Shown: positions 52,445 through 64,000 of the stretch, one piece after another
Position numbering within the stretch: position 1 is the first letter of the stretch
Layout: every line of letters starts with the position of its first letter
Assembly (NCBI GenBank): GCA_964304625.1
Contig: OZ199839.1
Coordinates: 7,072,234-7,136,233 of the forward strand
Direction: 5' to 3'
DNA length: 64,000 bases
DNA from: Kudoa neothunni
Lineage: Eukaryota; Animalia; Cnidaria
Translations under genes and position numbers: made by a program
The notes under the pieces: generated by a model
The model's database searches: none
Told to the model about the DNA's origin: nothing
The model's input: the letters and a program-made list of their open reading frames with translations, nothing else

Positions 52445-54633
52445 CCTTCTAAAGACCAAAAAACAACCACCCTCTAAAGACCTTGGGATCAATTAGAATC
52501 CAGATTTTTTTTTCAATTTATAGAAAAAAATTTAAATAGTCAAACGACAAAATATTTTAAAAAACTATCGGCTTTACTTTGAGTAAAACAGTGGAAAATA
52601 TAGCAGATAATCCTACTTAATCCTTTACGCTTCATTTCGGGCTTGCCTCGCAAACTATATATTAATGTGAATATTATGTTTTTTGCGCAATAATGAAGTA
52701 AATTCTATTTTCATATTAAATTAATAATTCTTGGCATTTAAAAATTCTGATATTACGTTATATTATACAGTAGGTAACTTCTGACATTCTTCCATTAGAA
52801 TATTGTTTTAATATTTTGAACCATATTTGATTTGATTTGATTTGATTTGATTTGATTCAATTTTATTTTTAGGTTTTAATAATAATTTACAAAAATTTTA
52901 AAAATTGAACATTAAAAAATAGGGGTTTTCACGTTATTAGCGCTTAACCGATTTTCCGTAACTTTTCAGCTCTAGGCGGATTTAATGGTGTGCCTTTTTT
53001 TACATTTGTAATGTCAGAAAAAGTTAAAAATGAGAAAATAATAAAACTAAAAATACTACTTTTAGTATATTTTAGCTCCTTTCTATTTCTACACTAGATA
53101 TCACCTTGATTAGGAAGAAAATATAGTTTTATCTTATAAGTTGGCTTGGCTTCTTCAGAGAAAAAAAAATCTTAAACAGGGTTAAAATAACGACATCGAT
53201 ACTATAGTATATGACTAGGTGAGTTATTTCAGATAAAAAAATTGAATTATCTGATCATGATATCATACATGAAACAAACCAATTGAACCTAAACGTAGTA
53301 ATGGTCCATGATTGATTTCTAGGTTTTAAATCACGATTTAATTTAAAAATATCACTGCCCATGGTGACGCTGTTTATGTTGACTAAAGTTTTTTAGAAAA
53401 TTGGTAACCTAAACTAGAGTGACTAAGTAAATGGTAACAACGATGGCTGTATCTATAACCTCGACGAAACTACACTATTTTACTAACAACATAGAGATCT
53501 ATTATTTTTAATGCTATGTTTTGTCGAGAGAAAAAAATCTAAAAAAGGGTTACTGTTATGCAACGTGCATCTACGCCTGGAGGTTGCATTGAATCCCTTG
53601 TGATTGGAAATCACAAAAACCATGTTGTTTTAAAAATGCTAAATAAAATATTTCTAGTAAAATACAAATCAAAAAGGAAAGAATGGATGGATGGATGGAT
53701 GGATGGATGATTAGGGAAACATTTAAAGGATATATTCCTTACAAAAAATTCAACTAGCATTTTGAAACTATTAGACTATAGAATCATTTTCTCATTCAAA
53801 CAAAATTACAAAATAATTTAATAGAAAGCCATATTGCTGCAGTTGGCAGTGATTAAATACATCCTACCAAGATTCGCTTAAAACATTGTTCCTAATTAAA
53901 AAAATCATGGGGACGGTGTTTCAAAGGTTGTTGTATTTAATTATTTCAGAAAATATGGGTTAACTGCAGCCAATGAATGCGAACGCTCATCAAATATTTA
54001 TTTTAGCAATAAAGAATTCTCAGATGGAAATTCCGAGAGTATACAAAAAAAAATCATTATGACTACATCAAAACACTTTGACGAGCTTACTCTTTTGATT
54101 GTTGAATCTGCTAATTTTGAAACTGAAGGTGAACCAGTGGTAGAATTTATACTATCAAAATATTCATTTACATGTTTAAAGATGCAGAAGAAATATACGA
54201 CAGAGAAGAATTGATTATCTAGTCGAAATAATGAGTTAACATCATAGAATTACGACGTACACATTTAAAAATATAATTATAAATAACATATTTTTTCAAT
54301 AAAAGTAGATGATTGTATAAATGAAATTAATTTCTTAAAAATGGGTGTATTTGTTTATTTTTGCGAGCGCAGAAAGTTACTGAAAATGCGTCAGTGATGC
54401 ATTTTCAGTAACTTTCCCATGGTCCCAAGGGGATTACGAGAAATCAGTTATCTACTGTACTAATTTTTTATTTTGGCTTCTGATTTTTATTTTTAAATAA
54501 ACTTGCGTATAATATACCAAATAACAAGTTAGGAGAATACATAAATTTTAATGTGCTAATGAAAATTAGAAATAAAAAAATGATCTCATTAATTTCGATC
54601 TGGGATAAAATTGACCCCAAGGTCTTTAGAGGA
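52445..54633. mobile_element. Non-autonomous piggyBac-like element hosting a Tigger remnant
   Basis: TTAA|CCTTCTAAAGACC...CCTCTAAAGACCTTGGGATCAATT at left; AATTGACCCCAAGGTCTTTAGAGGA|TTAA at right. Confidence 0.7.
52768..54457 (+). mobile_element. Heavily decayed pogo/Tigger element
   Basis: TA|CAGTAGGTAACT ... AGTTATCTACTG|TA; remnants IYNLDETTLF, RVTVM and LVIG; contains (GATTT)n and (GGAT)n microsatellites. Confidence 0.7.
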
Positions 54634-55177
54634 TTAAACATACATGACATATGTCACTTGATGTTTTTGAAGTACTTATTTTAATTCAGGTTTTCTGTGA
54701 TAATGTATACAATTTTTGAGGGACATTTACAAATAATTGTCTTTTTTCTATACTTCTATAATATTTTACTATTTACCAGTTGGTTTAACATTATATTATA
54801 ACTTAACATTAATTCTATATTCACAATAAATTGTTTTTTAACATTTAATCTCATATATTAGGTTGAATAATTAAGAATTATTATTCAATAATTGATTACA
54901 CACTTGGCTAGACCTGAATTAACTGCCTACTTAGGCCATACGTACAGCACAATATTTAAAACATTGAGAATTAGTCAATAAATAATTTTGCTGAATATTG
55001 CCAATGGATGAATAAAGGAGTTGTATCATGTTTTCCCTAAACGCATGTCTTCTCAACACACTAAGTAGTTTATTAATTGTCAAGAGATAAAGTTGCGAAT
55101 TTTTCCAAGAGAAACAACAGATGATATTAGGATAGTTAAAAAAGCCAATAAATAATTGTGGAACTTTGCTGCGCGAA

Positions 55178-56513
55178 ATGTTAAACAAACTTAAAATTTT
55201 CGATAGAATATGGAGCAAAAGAATGAATTTCACATATGCTCACATCCAGAATGGCATTCTCGAAACATCGACTGAAAAAATCTATAAAGGAATTTTGAAA
55301 GGAGATAGACAATATCTATCGAAAGCAATCACTCTAATTGAATCAACCCATCCCCACACGTATGCACAATCACAAATGTTGCTTGATAAACTTTTAAAAA
55401 ATTCAAACCATAATTTTGAAGAGAAATCTTTGGTAACTTATTGTCGGTAGGTTGACTTTTTTATATATTAAATAGAATAATGAGTCAACAAGCAATAATC
55501 AGGTGAAAACTCCGGATACGCTTAGAATTGCCGTGACTGGTCCACCCGGCGCTGGTAAAAGTTCTTTTATTGAAGTATTAGGTGAGTATGTCATTGAAAA
55601 TATTGGGTTGAATGTGGCAGTTTTTAACAGTTGATCCCTCATCACCCATATCAGGTGGATCACTTCTTGGTGATAAAACCAAAATGCGGAAATTGTCTGC
55701 CAATCCTAAGGCATATGTTCGTCCGTCCCCTTCTGGAGTAACCTGGGTAAATCTCGGACTTTTTTTCGTTTATAAGATGTAGGTTTTAATTTTTCGCTAT
55801 AGGTGGAGTAACTAGGACAACACATGAAGCCATAATGTTATGTGAAGTTGCCGGATATGATTTGGTGGTGGTTGAAACTGTAGGAGTCGGCCAATCGGAA
55901 CATTCGGTTTCAAATATGGTTGATTTGGTGATGTTGTTGGTTTCACCTGCCGCTGGCGACGATCTTCAAGTGAGAGATAATTGCTACTAAATTTTATCAT
56001 AATAAGTAAATGACTAATTTGATCTAGGCCATCAAAAGAGGTATAATGGAAATTGTCAATATAATAGCTGTCAACAAATATGATACCGATTTCAAGCTTG
56101 AGGTTGAAAAGTCCGCTTCACAATACAAGCGATCGCTTAGTTTAATGCGTTCAACTGTACCCAACTGGAAAACACAAGTCCACATGGTATCTTCATTAAC
56201 ACGCTATGGTGTTGCTGACGTTTGGGGAAGCATCGATTCGTTTTGGAGCAAATTTGGAAAACAGTCAAATTTCATCGAGCAACATCGAGCACAACAGCGT
56301 TGCCAATGGTTTCGATACCACATAGACAATGCTATAAAGAATTATTTTTTAAATAACACTAAAGTATAATTACGCCAGTTTTTCGCATTTACCAAAAAAT
56401 TTTAGGTAAAAGAGAATATGATAAAACTGGAAAAGCAAGTGATCGCTCAAACCGTTACTCCAGGAAGAGCTTCTGATATTTTGGTTTCGATGTTTATAGA
56501 CAATCCAAAATAA
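55178..56513 (+). CDS. MMAA: Methylmalonic aciduria type A protein (MeaB/ArgK family GTPase), multi-exon
   Basis: [98 protein letters not shown] +1 T at ~55621 and a -1 near 55738 break the frame as written. Confidence 0.93.
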
Positions 56514-58777
56514 TTTATACAAAAAATTCAAAAATATTTGTTAAGATGATTTTAAATACATTATTTTTATAAAATATCACTCAGCGGTATTAATGAATTA
56601 CAAAATCTCTATTTTTGTTAGGTTTAATTCTTAATTAATAAATATAAAATATACAACAGAATTTTTCTCAACTTATCACACAAATCGAAAATTTATCCAC
56701 TTCTTAAAACACAAAATATTTCGACAGTTTTAATTCAAAGTTTATGGCGATCGCATATAAATAAAACGAAAGAGTAGACTCCAATTTTTAAGGCAACTGC
56801 ATAATTCTACAAAAATTGATATAATATTATTTACTATTTTTATATGGCTTTTAAGAAATAAAGAATAGAACTATATATCTAATTTAATACACAAGAATAT
56901 CTAATTAATGAGAATTTTTCGTTTTATTTATACGTAAATTCAAGTAATATTTTTAATTTTTGTTGTAAATAAATTTTAAAAGTACATTAGATAAACATAA
57001 TTTACGATCATTTTATTAATTTTTAATATTGTTGTGGTTTTTATATTTAACTGTGATTAATCCTTGATATTAGGAACTTCGTATTTTTTTACATATTCTT
57101 GTTATATAAAAAAATACTAAAAAATCAAATTATGGTTTATTGATAATATTTAACAGTTCAAGTTCAAATAAATCATTAATTATTCAAAACACGATGCTTC
57201 GAATTCAGTGACGGATTGTGTATGGAACTGTGGAATTGCAGCACCCCCGGTCACCTCGGAATATATATAATCCTTTTTCCCTACGTGTACATCCACTAGT
57301 ACATATGACTAAGTAATTTCTCCTTGATAGGCTGAATTTTTTAAGATATCTATTGCAATATTCGTGGAATATAAATTATTATGTACCATTCGAACTATAA
57401 AACATGATTTTCTATCCATTATAATAAGATTTATAGGATTACATTAGTTTAGTCTTAAAAATAACAGAGGCAAGAAATGTTCCTCTGCATAAATCTGGAA
57501 TTATTACTGATTTTAACTTATATGATTCATAATAACATTTAAACTTGCCAATGCTGTAGCATGTGGAGAGCCTTTATATTTCTAAAGATTTTTCCCACCC
57601 TAATTGCTATACTTTGTAAAAAATAATGTATGATATTTTCTTTGTGGTATAGAATGAATTGCGAAAAATTATTTTATGAAAACCTGTAAACATATAAAAA
57701 ATAATCCTTATTTAATTAATGCATGCTCCTTCGTGTGTCAGAGAAAGATAATTATGATTTTTTTACTAATTTAATACACCTATACTCTGGATCTGAGAAT
57801 CGTATATTTCCTTTATTTATTTCAAGTATACTCCAAATTTAAAAGCGTGTTAATAATCTGAAAATCATCAATGCGCAAAGCTGGACCATTATTGTTATTG
57901 TATTGGTATAATTAAATTTCATAATTATTATGTTTAATGTTAACAAACATTCCCTTCTTCATGAAAAAGCACAAAAATACTTGAACGGAACTATCGCGTT
58001 AAACAGTTTCACCAACGGGAGAATTTTGTGATAGCTCGCATGTGTGTGCCATGGAGCCATGCGGATGAAATCAAGGTGGTGGAGGCATTGTGTGATTCAC
58101 AGTGCCGGCTGACTTAAGTTGTGTTTTAATCTATAGTACGTAGGTATATATCCTTGTTTTAATGCCATTCTTAAGATTATAATTGGTTTAAACTTAAATG
58201 GTTGTTTCCTCATCAAAAATTTATTCAATTTTGAACAACGATTACGGAAAATGTTTATTGCATTGCAGCACCCTCACTAATTTAGACCACGAGCCGCCAA
58301 TGTTCGAATTATATTCCGATTATTTTAGAACTAATTTTATAAAATATAATTATTCACATCTGTCTAATTATCTTAAATCTTTAAATACTGACCTAAATGA
58401 GATAGTTATTAAATTAAAATTCAGTATTTAATATCGATATAAATAAAAATAATACGAAAGCAAAGTTGATATAAAAATATAAAATAAATACGTACTTCGT
58501 ATAAAAATGATTTTAAGATAGTTTAAGAATAAAATAATTAAAAAATTTAATTCAAATTAATGTTACTCAAATTTATATAAATCTAATTTATTGCCTTCAA
58601 TTTATTTAAATAGAATAAATTATATATTGTGGGGACTCTTACAGATTTATGCTATAATGAAGGTACATTTAATTGTAACTGTCGAACGTTTTATATGATA
58701 AGTAATTAACGGTCGTAATACATTATAATTCACTTCATATTATATAATGGAGGTTAGTGGATATAGGATCCGTGGCA

Positions 58778-58810
<33 letters not shown>

Positions 58811-58823
58811 ATACATATTTATA

Positions 58824-59872
58824 TAGTCGGGATTGGATACTGCGTGATTTCAAAATTTCGACGTCATTCTTTTTAGAGAGAAACCTAGTTGTTTGGCTTG
58901 TTATTATTGTATCATTTTATAAACATAGTTAACATTAAAAAATAAAAAATAAATTTATTACGTGGTTTTAGTAACCTATTTATTTAAAAATAGAAGTGTT
59001 TTCTTCATTATGTCCCGTTTAAAACGTAATAGTTAAGAGAAAAGAGAAATCATTGATTATTATAACTCGATAAAAATATTGAAAGTTGTCGAAAAAATCA
59101 CAATTTCTAAATTTAAATTGAATGATATGATGATCTGAGTTGAATATTAATATATTGGCATGCTTAAGATCATTTAAAAATTGATTGAATTCGTGTGAAC
59201 GAATTCAAATTCAAAAATATGGATATTGAAACTAAAAGGAGGACACATTCTTCGGGAAAATTGAAAATATAGATGGTGAGTTGTACGATTGGCTCATTAA
59301 ACAATTGCCGAATGATAATGTTCTGCTGAAATACGTTATTGTCTAAATTTCTCTATCTATTTCAAATGAAAAAGAAATTTCCAATGTAAAGTCTAGTTAA
59401 AGGTGGTTTTCAGAGTCCACGTCGAAATATCGGATAGCTTTCAAAATGTTTCATGATGAGGTTGCGAATACAGATATTTCATCTGTTGACTCATGGACTG
59501 TTGAAAACACCAATTTGGTTAATGTATATAATCCAAAAGACGTTATAAACATTGATGAAATTGCCCTTCTTTTATGAGCAGTTACAAAACATTAGTTATG
59601 TTTAAAGGACGAAGTCGGAATATAAGGGGGAAAATATCCAAAAAAGATTGAATGTTTTATTTCACTCTTTTTTAGATAGGGGTAAATTTTCATCAGTTTC
59701 TACTGGTAAATTTCAGAATCTTAGACGTTTCAACTGAGTTAAACATATACCGCGTGAACATTATTCAAAAAAACACATGGATGATGTGTAGTATATTTAT
59801 AAACATAATTAGAAAGTTTTAATTTTGTTGGATTAATGTCCTCTTCATCCCAAAAATATTGATTTTTATAAA
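58824..59872 (+). mobile_element. Decayed pogo/Tigger copy related to 60132-62176, cut by an insertion at 59873
   Basis: Left end TAGTCGGGATTGGATACTGCGTG resembles the intact TIR; MSRLKRN..., ELYDWLIKQ, YNPKDVINIDE and CPLHPKNID, with many stops. Confidence 0.85.
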
Positions 59873-60131
59873 GGCACTGGCTATTCTTACGGTAACGAAT
59901 ATCTCCTAGAATAATTAAGACATTACAAAACTGGTCTCACTAATGTGTAAAGCGATTTTTTATTTCCTCAAAAATAAATTTTTATCAAATTAACTGTTCA
60001 TTAAAAATTAGTGATGGATTTGAGCACTCATTGATAGTATACATTCGTAATTCGCTTAAAAATAAACTTATTTGTAGCGATTGGGCATGTATGAGTTTGT
60101 ATTTTTGTGTGAAAGCTTTATTAGATATATA

Positions 60132-62176
60132 CAGTCGAGATTGGATATTGCGTGGGTTTCTGGGACCAACAAAAACCCACGCAATAAAAAATTTTTACGC
60201 AATATCCAGACCTTTGCGTGCGCAGTGTACTATAAAATATGATTTTTTCGTGTTTACGTCCGATGCCAATTAGTGAAAATCAAATTTTTATATATAAATA
60301 TATTATTTAATTAAATGAAATGTGATTTATCAAATTTTGTCGAAAAAGCTTGTAATTTTAGTTTGTCGGAATCTTTCTCTTGATATTTTTAAAACTCGGT
60401 CCATTATGGGATGTAAATCAAACAATCCCCTCGGATCCTCTTTAATAAAAGCTTCCCTCAGAACGTTCACTGCATTTTTCATTTGATTAATTGAAACTTT
60501 GATGTATTCAATGATTGATTCGCTATCGTCAGATTCGTCACTTATGGGCAATAAGTCCTCATTATTTTCTTCCTCGCATGTTGCTTCATAATCGTCATCA
60601 AACATATTTTCTGAATCTTCGATTTCATCTAGAAAAAATTAATTACGTATACGTTAAATATTACCTTGAGAACAGTTGCTGATTTGAGGTATCTCACTCA
60701 CATCTTCTTGGTCTATAAACTGATAATAACTTTATTGTCGTAATTTTATTTAATACCTCCAAATATTTTTGATTTTTTAAAGCAATTAATAATAATTTGC
60801 GGCGGAATACTTTCCCAACATTTAGTTAATGTTATCATTGAGTCAAGCAATGTATATTTTTTTATGATAGAATCTTCGCATAAAACCATTCGCTCGGTCA
60901 TTGAACTTTTGTACCTGCTTTTAAGGCAGCGAATGATGCCTAAATCAAGGGGTTGTAAAATACTAGTTGTATTTTTAGGTAAGAACAAAAATTTGATATT
61001 TTCAAAGCAATCAATATTTTTTGGATGGCCTGGACATTGGTCCAACAAAATTAAGACTTTTCTATTCTGATTTATCATCCTTCGGTTAAACTTTTTCATT
61101 ATTTCGATAAATATACTAGAAGTCATCCATGCACTTTTTTGTGCATAATATTCACAAGGGAGGTGTTTGACTCTTTTAAAACATCTAGGATTTTGAAATT
61201 TCCCGATAACAACTAATGGGAACTTATCCCCATTTAAAGCTGAGGACAGTAAAACAGTCACCCTTTTTTTGGATAATTTTTTCCCCTTAATCCCGACTTC
61301 CTCCTTTAAAACGTAACTACTATTTTGTAACTGCTCATAATAAAGAGCAGTTTCGTCGATGTTAATAACGTCTTTTGGATTATATGCTCTAATCAAATCA
61401 ATGTTCTCAATAATCCATGAGTCGACAGATGCAACATCTGCACTCGCAGCCTCGCCATGGAACTTTTTGAAAACTATCCCATATCTTGACTTGAACCCTG
61501 CAAGCCATCCCTTGCTGGCTTTAAAATTGGAAACTTTGTTTTCATTTGCAATATAAGAAGCTTTTTTGATAATGGCATCTCCTGACAGAACGTTACCATT
61601 CGACCGTTGTTTAACAAACCAATCATACACTTCATCGTCTATATTTTTGAATCTGCCTGCCGAATGTCTCTTCCTTTTACTTTCAATATCTGTATTTTTG
61701 AATTTATCTTCGTGCGAAAGAATTCTATCAAGTGTTGAATGACCTTAAATGTGATTTTACAATACTATTCATTAGAAGACTACTATAGCACTCAATTTAA
61801 ACTTGGAAATTGTCATTGATTTCGCACCCTTCAACGTTTTTATTGAATTGTAGTAATGGATGATTTCCATTTTCTCTGAAATATTGCGTTGTTCACGGGA
61901 CATAATGAAAAAACACTATCTGAATTAAACCAATTGACCACAAAAAACCACGCAATAACGAGTCACGCTGCGCCTAACAACCACACAATAAAAAATTTCC
62001 ACGCAATAACGAGACTTTTTGTATTAATAAATTTTTTTAAATTTTTTGTTAACAAATATTTTTACATTACAATAAGATAATAACAATTTGAAAAAACTAA
62101 ATTTCTCTCTTTAAAGGATAACTTTAAAAATCTCTAATTACGCAATATCCAGTCACGCAATATCCAATCTCGACTG
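60132..62176 (-). mobile_element. Full-length pogo/Tigger element
   Basis: Perfect 23-bp TIRs CAGTCGAGATTGGATATTGCGTG, TA on both sides, and subterminal (C/T)ACGCAATA repeats. Confidence 0.95.
60330..61903 (-). CDS. pogo/Tigger transposase, 4 exons (61903-61792, 61743-60757, 60712-60665, 60628-60330), 481 aa
   Basis: Spliced length 1446 nt with no internal stop. HTH KFKLSHSTLDRIL; CENP-B-type HTH FKASKGWLAGFKSRYGI; triad NIDET / LLDQCPGH / LQPLDLG (DD31D); C-terminal PIP-box-like QTKITSFF. Confidence 0.9.
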
Positions 62177-62187
62177 TAGTACAATTG

Positions 62188-63248
62188 GGTTAAAGTTCAG
62201 TTCCTCCCCCTTTCGGCGTCCGCCGGTTACCCGCCATCGATACTAATCTGGTCACGTTTCATAACATATAAATCCAATAAAATCTAGTTTACTTTAGTTT
62301 GATGTAATTAAACAAAATATATTAATTAAAAAAATATAATATGTATTATTTTAAACGTTAAAAAATTATAAAATAAGGTGTCAATTTATGTGCATAACAA
62401 TATAATGTGATATAAGTTAATTTATGTTTTTATCATTAAATTTGAGAATTATATATAAACGAATATTTTGGATGGTATCGTAGATATTATTGATTAATTA
62501 TGGATTTTATTTGTTATTTTTTAAAACAAATGATAGATAACGGTATAAAATCTAAAAGAAAATTAGATTTTAAAGATAAATCGTGTATTTTTTATATTTT
62601 ACAACGTGTTCTTTTCTAAAAAATTTATAAACTAAAACAATATGTCGACTCATGATATTTGTATCTTAATATAATTTTAATAGTTTTTAGATGGATAAAA
62701 ATCACATATCATGCCATTTCTTTTTTAATTGTATCCTAATGAGACTATGTTAATGTAAAATAATCTCTTTTAACTTAATTTTCGGAATATTTTGTTATTT
62801 TATACAAAAACTTTAATTATTTCATAAATATATACATATAATCATTCTAAAAAATAATAGGTTAACACTTAACACTAATTAAAATAAACTTAATGCCGTA
62901 ATTTACTAAAGATATTTATTCATTGACGATTGGAAAAAGACATAATTATATAGATTGTTACAATAAAATAAAATCTAAAAAATATAAATATGTTTAATTT
63001 TTCCTCAAAGTTTCATTGGACCTCCACAGGAACAAACCATTGATGTTAGTAGCAAGTCAAGTTGCTGGAAAAAAATAATTAAATTTTTAGGATGATCCTT
63101 GAAGTAACTTAAATCTTCAAAATTTGGGTTATCTAAATTTTCATAATTGAAGATTGCAGGAAGCATATGTAAAAAGCCGGGACCCCGATTAGTACCGATG
63201 GCGGGTAACCGGCGGACGCCGAAGGGGGGGAGGAACTGAACTTTAACC
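62188..63248 (-). mobile_element. Merlin-like internal-deletion derivative
   Basis: ~60-bp GC-rich TIRs beginning GGTTAAAGTTCAGTTCCTCCCCC. A truncated ORF ending FFQQLDLLLTSMVCSCGGPMKL* resembles the N-terminal zinc ribbon of Merlin/IS1595 transposases. No clear TSD. Confidence 0.6.
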
Positions 63249-64000
63249 AAAAGTTATAATAATTGAGACCTCGAAGATAAAACTGTTGCTTGTACATTCA
63301 ATATATAATTAAAACTAGGACTAAACAGAGTTTAAGATAGCTTTAATATTCCACACTAAATTTATTAAGAAGATTTTGTTATTAATATCTAACGATTAAT
63401 TTTTACAAGGATTCTGTAATATCTACAACTTAGCTCTATTCGATCCATAGTATGCTGAACGCATTTGAAAATCTCACTTAAACTACAGCGAACGCAAAAG
63501 GCACGTGGTACGGTGGTCGAATCGTGTAAACTAGTTTTACTACAGTATAAGGCATTTCCAATAGTTAAAAATACTCAGATGGCTATTAATTCAATTTATA
63601 AAAGCATTATTAGGTAAATTACGAATGTATGCTATCATTAAGCGCTCAAATCCATCATTAATTTTTAATGAAAAGTTAATTTGACAAAAATTTATTTTTG
63701 AGGAAATAAATAATCACTTTAAACATTGGTGAAATCAGTTCTGTAATATCTTAATTATTCTAGGAGATAATCGTTACCGTAAGAATAGCCACTGCCATTG
63801 TTTAAATTCATCAAAAATCTCTGTCGAAAAAATTTTATTCCGCAAAGATTAATGGAATATTCACCTTTAATATATTTTATTGGATTTTCCAAAAACTTTG
63901 GTATAACGATATTAGTCAAAATTTTCCGTGTCCTATTTATAAATATTTTAATTGATTGTTTTTAAATTTTGTTATCGGTAACACTTAAAGGGAAATTAAA

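Larger units (their letters stand above)
59873..63796. mobile_element. Long-TIR (~190 bp) non-autonomous DNA transposon carrying two nested elements
   Basis: GGCACTGGCTATTCTTACGGTAACGA... (59873-~60065) is the reverse complement of ~63605-63796 (...TCGTTACCGTAAGAATAGCCACTGCC). Confidence 0.8.

Noticed and set aside
590-56513. Alternative genetic code or stop-codon reassignment, suggested by fragmented ORFs
   Set aside because: Almost all breaks resolve as canonical GT-AG introns, TAA, TAG and TGA all end genes normally, and the remainder are single-base indels.

Overview
AT-rich eukaryotic (animal) genomic DNA with very short GT-AG introns (about 31-61 nt in those I measured), strongly diverged housekeeping genes and many DNA transposons. 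This fits a compact-genome parasitic metazoan such as a myxozoan; the taxon is inference only. The left 36 kb holds seven minus-strand, 7-exon genes for secreted proteins with five Kunitz/BPTI-like domains and an acidic Ser/Thr-rich tail, in two clusters (590-4137 and 24179-36393). Each domain position keeps its own paired subset of the three Kunitz disulfides, and the paralogs are mosaics of one another. Between the clusters is an orphan ~850-aa type I membrane protein built of exon-encoded Cys-containing FN3-like repeats (9822-12758). The right half carries NSMCE2/MMS21, an unknown coiled-coil ORF, CMC1, RACGAP1/CYK-4 and MMAA. Transposons include MULE, piggyBac, Helitron, Merlin-like and pogo/Tigger elements, several nested. 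One pogo/Tigger copy (60132-62176) looks intact, with perfect 23-bp TIRs and a 481-aa DD31D transposase split by three host-sized introns. Single-base homopolymer indels in otherwise intact genes suggest an under-polished assembly. All gene models were assembled by eye, without transcript data or database searches.
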